Part shown: one piece after another, positions 52,097 through 58,802 of the stretch
How the letters are laid out: the number at the start of each line of letters is the position of its first letter
How positions within the stretch are numbered: the first letter of the stretch is position 1
From: an uncultured Pseudomonadales bacterium
Lineage (GTDB): Bacteria > Pseudomonadota > Gammaproteobacteria > Pseudomonadales > UBA7434
DNA length: 64,000 nt
NCBI GenBank assembly: GCA_905478995.1
Contig: CAJQKT010000023.1
Location: 44,961-108,960 of the forward strand
Reading direction: 5' to 3'
Notes under the pieces: generated by a model
What the model was told of the DNA's origin: nothing
Seen by the model: only the letters and a program-made list of their open reading frames with translations
The model's database searches: none
Program-made: the position numbers and the translations under genes

Positions 52097-53053
52097 ATGA
52101 AAGCCGCAACAACCAGAGGCATTTTCGCCAATACTTCCCTCATTACTCGAAGTACTCAGCGGCCTACAGTGGGCGTTAATGATGTACTAGTTGAAGTTCA
52201 TGCATCCTCTGTTAATCCAAAAGATTGGAAGCTCAATACCATTATTTCATCGCTAACTCCCAAGCTAGGTGCGCTTGCTAAAATCAATATTATTGGTGAT
52301 GACCTGGCCGGCGTGGTCGTTGAAAAAGGTGCACACGTTTCTGACTTTGCTATCGGCGATGAAGTTTACGGTATGGATATGCGCCTGCGAACGGCCGCGT
52401 GTGCAGAATATGCTGTAATTAGCGAAAAAAGCATTGCCCACAAGCCTAAAAATATGTCTTTTGCCGAGGCTGCGTCGGTACCGCTTGCGGCTCTTACTGC
52501 GCTGCAAGCCTTTTATTTGGGTGGCGTGCAACAAGGCAGTAAGGTGTTGGTGATTGGCGCCTCGGGTGGTGTGGGCACCTTTGCAGTGCAAATAGGTAAA
52601 GCCATGGGCGCACATATTACCGGCGTGTGCAGCGGTAAAAATAGTGAGCTTGTGGCCGGCCTCGGTGCAGAAAAAGTGATTGATTATACGCGGAGTGATT
52701 TTTTACAAGAGACCGATGACTATGATGTGGTTTTTGATGTCACTGCCTACCAGAGTTTGTCTTCGTGCTCATCGCTGATGGCTGAGCAGGGAGTATTTAT
52801 TAGCACCGCCGGACACGGTAAGGCACTATTTAACACTTACCGGCCGCACTTTTCTCAGGGAACAAAGACGGCCAAAGCCATATGGGTAAAGTCGCGCAAT
52901 GAAGACTTAGATAAATTAAAAACGTTTATTGAGGGCGGATTGGTTAAGGCTGTTATTGACAGCGCTTTCACACTAGACAATATCCAGCAGGCCTATGTGC
53001 AAAGTCAAACAGGCCGCAGCAAAGGGAAGGTGGTTATTCTTGTCAAACAATAG
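52097..53053 (+). CDS. NAD(P)H-dependent MDR-family oxidoreductase (quinone oxidoreductase-like)
   Basis: Nucleotide-binding motif VLVIGASGGVGTFAVQIGKAMGA. The GroES-like N-domain lacks obvious catalytic-zinc Cys ligands. Confidence 0.8.
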   Translation: MKAATTRGIFANTSLITRSTQRPTVGVNDVLVEVHASSVNPKDWKLNTIISSLTPKLGALAKINIIGDDLAGVVVEKGAHVSDFAIGDEVYGMDMRLRTAACAEYAVISEKSIAHKPKNMSFAEAASVPLAALTALQAFYLGGVQQGSKVLVIGASGGVGTFAVQIGKAMGAHITGVCSGKNSELVAGLGAEKVIDYTRSDFLQETDDYDVVFDVTAYQSLSSCSSLMAEQGVFISTAGHGKALFNTYRPHFSQGTKTAKAIWVKSRNEDLDKLKTFIEGGLVKAVIDSAFTLDNIQQAYVQSQTGRSKGKVVILVKQ

Positions 53054-53203
53054 CGAACGCATCGAGTGCAGAACAATAACAACAGACTAGTCTGGCAATG
53101 CGCAGTCTAGGGTCCAACTTAGCAGTGTATTACAGTGCAGTCTCAATACAGTGAGGATAAGCTCGGTTCATTCGGTGGGGTAGCTTATATTTATTTTATG
53201 CCA

Positions 53204-53761
53204 CTAACGCTTGTACAGTGCCTCGAGTGTATGTGAACCCAAAGAATTGGCGTTGATCATATAGCCTGTTAACGCCCCCGAGGCATTTTCCGGTAAATCC
53301 AGCTTTTGAGACAAGGCGTGTACAGTAAACTGATACCGGTGAGCACCATGGCCTTCGGGGGGGCATGCTCCACCAAAGCCATGAATACCATAATCGTTTC
53401 GCATTTGCATACTCCCCTTGGGGGCGAGGTTTTTACTTGAGTCACCCGCACCGGTGGGCAAGGTCGTTATGTTTGCGGGGATATTTACAAGCTGCCAATG
53501 CCACCAGCCACTCCCGGTAGGCGCGTCGGGATCGTAAGCGGTAACCGCAAAAGCCTGAGTGCCCTCGGGCACGCCATCCCAAGAAAGCTGCGGTGACAAA
53601 TTACCGCCGTTGCAACCGAATCCCTGAAATTCTTGAGCTTTTTTCATGAACTGGCCATGCGATAGATCGGTGCTGCTCAATGAAAACGAATCCGCTAAGG
53701 TAGAACTCGTCAAAAATGTTATTAAAAGTAGTAGTGTGCTGCTTTTGATAGGTTGAAGCAT
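53204..53761 (-). CDS. YbhB/YbcL-family (PEBP, Raf-kinase-inhibitor-like) periplasmic protein
   Basis: Signal peptide, then the PEBP blocks YDPDAPTGSGWWHW and GHGAHRYQFTVHAL. Confidence 0.85.
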   Translation of the reverse strand: MLQPIKSSTLLLLITFLTSSTLADSFSLSSTDLSHGQFMKKAQEFQGFGCNGGNLSPQLSWDGVPEGTQAFAVTAYDPDAPTGSGWWHWQLVNIPANITTLPTGAGDSSKNLAPKGSMQMRNDYGIHGFGGACPPEGHGAHRYQFTVHALSQKLDLPENASGALTGYMINANSLGSHTLEALYKR

Positions 53762-54157
53762 ACGGATGTCCTTGATGAGGTAGTCAAGGGACTATTTTAC
53801 CCCATTACTTGCAGATGGGTGTATCGCGCAGTAGTGAATGTATCGTTGATGGAGTTATTGGCCAACACTTCAGTGGTATTTCATTCGGATGCTGAAGCTG
53901 AAGCCACAGTAGTTATCAATAGGCTTCAATGGAACATGTTGCATTAGCACAGCTTTTTACCGTAGCTCTTCGCATGCCGTATCCACCCCAACCGGTCATG
54001 AGCTAAGAAGGGTTGAGGCTGTGGTATGCCAAATGATCAGGCTAGAGCTGGGGGGCGGCTTGAAACGACCGGTTTACGTTGAAGCCGCTTTTCCATGTTT
54101 ATAAGTTATGGTTTTTCTTGCTGTTGACGATTTCGATACACACTGGCATGGTACGGA

Positions 54158-55234
54158 TTAAAGCTTCGCGCTCTTTTTAACGCGCCTATTATTGGCCTTG
54201 CTGAAAATGATCGAAAAAATTATCAACGAGCACACTGTCCAAACATGAACAATGGGTACTGATACATTGATAGGGTTTTCCGATAGTATTTGGTGTTGTT
54301 GCATAAAGTGCCATGCCTTTTCTGCTAAATCGATGCCGTCCTCATTTTGATATAAAAAGTGGCCCGCAGCATCACTGCCCGTGACGCTGCATAAGCCAGT
54401 GTCAGCACTGTTGGAGCAGGAGTTATAAGTCTCACAAAAAGCGGTGTCGCTTATTGTCTCTATCACATCCGGCGTTGGCGAAGTGCAGCCGTTGTATTGC
54501 TTCCAAGCTTCCAATGATTCATGGGCGCTCTTATAAATGATATTGCCATCGTAGGGTACTAAGCTATCGGTCAATCCTTGAAATGTTAATATTGGTATCG
54601 GTTGCTGGGCACAATCCATGTTGAGGTTTTGTAATGTAGATGCCGCCAATGGCACAGCGGCAGCGAAAATATCGGGCGCTTCACAAGCTAATCTATGCGA
54701 CATAAAACCGCCGTTAGAAAGCCCCGTTACATAAACACGTGTCGTATCAATATGGCTCGCTGCGTTTATCGCCTCAACCATGGCTCGAACAAAGCCAATA
54801 TCATCCGTTCCATTTTCTTCGGCAGCGCCGCAGCAAACACCACCTGCATTAAATGATGGTCCTTCAAGTGGAAAGCCCGTTACCGGATTTCGCTCTTCTG
54901 GAGCATTAGGCAGACCATAAAGGCCCTGCGGGTATGCCACAATAAAATTTTCTAGCTCCGACAGTGGCCGCATGCCTGATGTTAGGCGTTGCGCGGTTTT
55001 GTTGCTGCCAAGGCCGTGTATGTCGACAACTAAGGGGTAGGCCAGACTGCCATCATAGCTGTCAGGTACATAAACGTCGTAATAGCGTACTTCACTATCG
55101 TGCGTTAATGTCTCATTGAGTTGGAGACCTGAGGAGTAATTTGCGAGTGCCCCTAGGCTGGTGACGCATAGCCCCAAGGCCATTGCCCCCTGTCGGATTA
55201 TGCCAAGGCTATTTTTTATGGTGGTTGTATGCAA
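54158..55234 (-). CDS. Secreted PHB-depolymerase-family esterase (LpqC/CE1-like) with C-terminal hydrophobic anchor
   Basis: Signal peptide; YYDVYVPDSYDGSLAYPLVVDIHG; nucleophile elbow VTGLSNGGFMS; C-terminus VSVPIVHVWTVCSLIIFSIIFSKANNRRVKKSAKL. Confidence 0.8.
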   Translation of the reverse strand: MHTTTIKNSLGIIRQGAMALGLCVTSLGALANYSSGLQLNETLTHDSEVRYYDVYVPDSYDGSLAYPLVVDIHGLGSNKTAQRLTSGMRPLSELENFIVAYPQGLYGLPNAPEERNPVTGFPLEGPSFNAGGVCCGAAEENGTDDIGFVRAMVEAINAASHIDTTRVYVTGLSNGGFMSHRLACEAPDIFAAAVPLAASTLQNLNMDCAQQPIPILTFQGLTDSLVPYDGNIIYKSAHESLEAWKQYNGCTSPTPDVIETISDTAFCETYNSCSNSADTGLCSVTGSDAAGHFLYQNEDGIDLAEKAWHFMQQHQILSENPINVSVPIVHVWTVCSLIIFSIIFSKANNRRVKKSAKL

Positions 55235-55284
55235 TTTAATTTGACCTGTTTGATCTTACGGTAGATATCTAGTTTGGCGGTCCT

Positions 55285-55307
55285 AGCCCCCTAGCCCCCT
55301 AGCACCG
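55285..55307. repeat. Short tandem 8-mer repeat (TAGCCCCC x2 plus TAGCACC) upstream of the esterase gene
   Basis: Read directly at 55285-55292, 55293-55300 and 55301-55307, about 50 nt upstream of the esterase start codon. Confidence 0.8.
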
Positions 55308-55458
55308 AGTAGGATGCACCCAGTTGAATGCGCCGAGCCCTAGCCGAGCACTACAGACAGCCAATTTTTGGAATTAGCTAATAATGGTAGTACGAGCACT
55401 TGCAGGGTCAAGGTGTAGGAGACAAAGAGTATCAAGCTTCTCTTGATGTAAAAAATAT

Positions 55459-55487
55459 TTGACAGAGATGAGCGGGTATAATATATT
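55459..55487 (+). promoter_or_regulatory. Candidate sigma-70 promoter for the membrane-protein/HTH pair
   Basis: TTGACA (55459-55464), a 17-nt spacer, then TATATT (55482-55487), about 30 nt upstream of ATG 55519. Prediction by eye only. Confidence 0.45.
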
Positions 55488-55518
55488 TTACTCTCAGTAA
55501 ACAATATTGGACATAACT

Positions 55519-55932
55519 ATGAGCGTGACATTTAAAGAAAAAAGTCTTTGGATCCAGATCGTAACTCTTTCACTTGTGTTTGGAAGCTACTTTTTGGCCC
55601 TTGATTACACCGGTGTTGATAGGTTCCCGCCAAATTTGGTTTCTCATTTCATTGGCTTACTTGTAGTGCTCACAGTATTAACTATTTTAGGCCATATCTT
55701 TGCCGCGGCATTTAATGAGCCCGAAAATGAGGATGAGCGTGACTTAATCATTGAATTGAAAGCTACGCGCATCAAAGCATTTCTTCTAGCCTCAAGCATT
55801 GTCATTACCATGCTGACGAGCTTAACGCTGCAAAATGAGTTTGTTACCTTTCACCTGTTGCTCTTGTTTTTAGTTGTGTCTGAGGTGGTGGAAAAAGCCG
55901 TTCAATTATTTTATTACCGGCAAGGTAGTTAA
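55519..55932 (+). CDS. Small 4-TM membrane protein (DUF2178-like partner of the downstream HTH)
   Basis: Four hydrophobic helices can be read in the translation. The stop lies 3 nt before the HTH gene start. The family name comes from memory of the usual gene pairing and is not verified. Confidence 0.65.
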   Translation: MSVTFKEKSLWIQIVTLSLVFGSYFLALDYTGVDRFPPNLVSHFIGLLVVLTVLTILGHIFAAAFNEPENEDERDLIIELKATRIKAFLLASSIVITMLTSLTLQNEFVTFHLLLLFLVVSEVVEKAVQLFYYRQGS

Positions 55933-55935
55933 AAA

Positions 55936-56178
55936 ATGCAAATCTCCAAGTTTATTATTTTAAATCAAATTCGGACCTTAAGATTTCTAAAGGAAGAGAT
56001 GACCCAGAAAGAATTAGCTGATTTAGTGGGCGTGACAAGGCAAACCATCAATGCCATTGAATTAAACAAATATTCGCCTAGCTTAGAAGTTGCTTTCAAA
56101 ATTGCTCAGGTGTTTAGCGTGCCCATAACCGATGTATTTAGCTATAGCGATCAAGCAGAAGGAGAGGCTGGCACATGA
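55936..56178 (+). CDS. XRE-family helix-turn-helix transcriptional regulator (short, 80 aa)
   Basis: MTQKELADLVGVTRQTINAIELNKYSPSLEVAFKIAQVFSVPITDVF is a canonical Cro/C1-type HTH. Confidence 0.85.
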   Translation: MQISKFIILNQIRTLRFLKEEMTQKELADLVGVTRQTINAIELNKYSPSLEVAFKIAQVFSVPITDVFSYSDQAEGEAGT

Positions 56179-56258
56179 CGCCAGTCTTGGCGTAAGGAGG
56201 AGCGAGTCGTGGGTTGTTCGCCTGTTCGAGCGCAGTGGGCTCTTCGTAGAGTATGCCT

Positions 56259-56762
56259 TTATTGCCGTAAAGCTAGCATGATAAGTAAAAATGATACGCA
56301 ACAAGCGATTATTGTTCGAATTTTGTTTGATCTATTCCAACGAGGCTCAAATTTTTTGCGAGCCGCACAGAGTTCTTCATCAGACATGGTTTCAGCATCA
56401 TACGTTTGAATTTTATTATTCAGCGGTAAATGAACAACAATTGTAGAAATTTGAACGCCAACTAGGTAGCCGGCTGTAGCAACTAAAAGCAAGGCGAAAT
56501 CGAATCCCTGAAGTTTTGCAAATCCGCTGATGATGCAAGCGATTATTGCTATGATTGATCCCAGCCAAACGAACAAAAAAATAGGATGGTTATCCTGTAT
56601 AACACGATCGGTGACCTGGAAAGCTTCAATAAACTGTTTGTCGTTAAAATTTCGTATGCCGGGCATCACTACTACTGCAAAAGCAAAAAGAAACCCTGCA
56701 ACTAGTGTGCATAGAAAGGCAGAAGAAATTAGCGCGATATCGAAAACGGTCATAAATTTCAA
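56259..56762 (-). CDS. DUF1772 (anthrone-oxygenase-like) membrane protein
   Basis: 167 aa with 4 TM helices. The N-terminal pattern FLCTLVAGFLFAFAVVVMPG and the overall topology resemble DUF1772. Confidence 0.65.
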   Translation of the reverse strand: MKFMTVFDIALISSAFLCTLVAGFLFAFAVVVMPGIRNFNDKQFIEAFQVTDRVIQDNHPIFLFVWLGSIIAIIACIISGFAKLQGFDFALLLVATAGYLVGVQISTIVVHLPLNNKIQTYDAETMSDEELCAARKKFEPRWNRSNKIRTIIACCVSFLLIMLALRQ

Positions 56763-56852
56763 CTCGGCAAGTTCAGCCTAACGGGCCTGTTGGAGCCTAA
56801 ATTTTTTATTGTTGAGGTTACACATTAGCAATGCTTGATATGTCGCGCAGTC

Positions 56853-57719
56853 TCAATGCCTGAACTGAAGTTCTGCTATTCGAGATTTTTTTACCTCAAG
56901 TTTTTCTTTCGGACGATCCTTAAGAGATAAATCAAAAAAGGAAGTGATGTAGTAGCTCATTGGTTCGTGGAATCGTTTGGCCAAAGCTCCGTCGGTCCAA
57001 GATGAATGTCGAGCACGCTTGAATATTTGTAAATACTTTGACGGCTCAGTTTTATCAAAGGTGCCGTTAGGTTTTAGTATGTCTGTTGATATTGGGCGGT
57101 CTTTCGAGCCCCCTTGATAAAGGGTTTTAACATTATTCATTTTGGCGATACGGTTTTGTACTGCATAGGGCTTATTCCATGGCGAGAGTAATGCTATAGC
57201 AATGACTTCCTCACGTTTCCATGAGTCCCAAGCGCCAGCAAGCCCCATGCAGGTGTAGCCGCCCATAGAATGGCCCGCGCAACCTATTTGCTTAAAGGTC
57301 TTGATGTATTGAGCATAATGACTGGAGGGTAGGGCATCTAGAACCTTATGCATGTCGTCTCTTCGATTGCTATTACTTTGAGCTGTCCACTTTTCTGGCT
57401 CTCGCCAAGATACATCAGGTTTTGTACTGCCTGAAATGCAGTCTTCATGTTTTGGTGAAACCACTATATAACCTGCATTCGCGAGTCGACTTTGAATGCC
57501 CGAGTACTTAGCTGGACAGGCTCCCATTCCATGGGAAAAAACGATTAAAGGATATGCTCCGTTCGCCGGCCGACGAATTTCAACTTCGATGCCTTCAATG
57601 TTTTCGGTCGTTAAAACCTCAGCTGTAGCTGGGGCCATTTGTGACGTTAAAAGAAAGATAATCAAAGCGGCCTTTTTAAATCTTGCTTGCTTTTTTTTGG
57701 TAAAGAAAATGTCTTTCAT
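56853..57719 (-). CDS. Secreted alpha/beta-fold serine hydrolase (dienelactone-hydrolase / PAF-acetylhydrolase-like)
   Basis: I set the start at ATG 57719, which gives the signal peptide KKAALIIFLLTSQMAPATA. YPLIVFSHGMGA and the nucleophile elbow GCAGHSMGGYT. Confidence 0.8.
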   Translation of the reverse strand: MKDIFFTKKKQARFKKAALIIFLLTSQMAPATAEVLTTENIEGIEVEIRRPANGAYPLIVFSHGMGACPAKYSGIQSRLANAGYIVVSPKHEDCISGSTKPDVSWREPEKWTAQSNSNRRDDMHKVLDALPSSHYAQYIKTFKQIGCAGHSMGGYTCMGLAGAWDSWKREEVIAIALLSPWNKPYAVQNRIAKMNNVKTLYQGGSKDRPISTDILKPNGTFDKTEPSKYLQIFKRARHSSWTDGALAKRFHEPMSYYITSFFDLSLKDRPKEKLEVKKSRIAELQFRH

Positions 57720-57821
57720 TTTAAAGTCATTCCGTTTGATGAAATTGACGCCTTCAATCGGCCAGTATGAGGCGCACATATGCTCATTTTGTTATTTTTA
57801 TAGCGGTTACTAGGAATAACT

Positions 57822-57983
57822 CTACCGCTTTGGTTGAGTATTTTTTTGAATGCCGATAACAAACAGCGCAATGCTGGCACCAGAACAACCGATAGCCACG
57901 CCATAAAAGCCTGGCGAATGGAAGGAAAAACCTAACAGAAAAAATACGAAGGCATTGAGCAGAAGGACAACGCCGACAATCAA
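57822..57983 (-). CDS. Candidate small 2-TM protein (53 aa, TTG/CTG start) missed by the ORF track
   Basis: My own translation of the reverse strand: (M)IVGVVLLLNAFVFFLLGFSFHSPGFYGVAIGCSGASIALFVIGIQKNTQPKR*. It lies 46 nt downstream of the His-rich gene on the same strand. There is no ATG and only a weak, distant GGAAAG. Confidence 0.3.
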   Translation of the reverse strand: MIVGVVLLLNAFVFFLLGFSFHSPGFYGVAIGCSGASIALFVIGIQKNTQPKR

Positions 57984-58029
57984 CAGTGGATGCCACGTTT
58001 ATTTTTCTTTCCTTTGCAATCCAGTAAAC

Positions 58030-58371
58030 TCAGCCGTTCACTATTTCTAATGGGCCGTGGTCATCGCAATGTCCCTCATGAACATGGTGCAAGCGACCAT
58101 CCACTAAGTAATCTATGTGATCTCCATGCGGCACAGCCTCATGCCCGCAATCCGGGCCGTGTAGATGGCCGTCACAGTCATTTACAGGGCTGCAGTTATC
58201 AGGGTTGGCTTCGCTGACCTCGACAACATGTACATCGCAATGATTGCCGTGAGGGTGGTGTAAATGACTATCCTGTAGGTAATCAACATGACCATTGTGG
58301 CGGATGGCAGTGTGACCGCACCCCGGTCCATGTGTGTGCTCTGTATGTGTATGAGTGTTTGTGCATTTCAT
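58030..58371 (-). CDS. His/Cys-rich putative metal-binding protein with internal tandem duplication
   Basis: 113 aa with no signal peptide. I count 23 His and 7 Cys. The two halves align as HGPGCGHTAIRHNGHVDYLQDSHLHHPHGNHCDVH and HGPDCGHEAVPHGDHIDYLVDGRLHHVHEGHCDDH. AAGGGG precedes the ATG. Confidence 0.8.
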   Translation of the reverse strand: MKCTNTHTHTEHTHGPGCGHTAIRHNGHVDYLQDSHLHHPHGNHCDVHVVEVSEANPDNCSPVNDCDGHLHGPDCGHEAVPHGDHIDYLVDGRLHHVHEGHCDDHGPLEIVNG

Positions 58372-58686
58372 GTGTCACCCCTTGGCTATGGGAAAATTCA
58401 AATCTAATAGTGTATTCAACTACCGCTATCGTTGTTAAGAGGCGCTTTATATTCTGACGACGTTTTTATCCACGAAAAGAAATGTACATACTTTTTAAAT
58501 ATTTATCAAACCATGGTACCTTTTAGTTTTACAAATAATGCGACACTTGGTGTTGATGATTTATTTGTGCCTCATAAGGCTCACCATTGTTTCAATAGCT
58601 TGCGCGCCGTGTCGTTGGAAAGCGAAGCATTGGTAGTTTGTTTGGCATGTCATACTTGGGGTTGGTATAACAAACGTAAAAGGCAA

Positions 58687-58710
58687 CATGTAGTAACCAG
58701 TTACTACATG
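58687..58710. promoter_or_regulatory. 24-nt perfect palindrome CATGTAGTAAC-CA-GTTACTACATG
   Basis: Read directly: 11-bp perfect arms with a 2-nt centre. It lies 93 nt downstream of the amidohydrolase stop and 316 nt upstream of the His-rich gene start. Function (operator or hairpin) is unknown. Confidence 0.5.
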
Positions 58711-58802
58711 CGGATACTACATACGGTTACTAAGATGTCGCGTGAGGTGGCCGAGAAGGGTGACACAGCCTATGTGTGTGATGCAATTGTTAGAGAGCGT
58801 CG

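Noticed and set aside
53762-54157. Plus-strand hairpin with a T-run (about 54054-54095) and the 64-aa ORF 53753..53947 as a small gene or sRNA between the PEBP and esterase genes
   Set aside because: The stem is only 7 bp with an internal mismatch, and the ORF has no SD or recognisable features. The evidence is insufficient, although the 396-nt gap remains unexplained.
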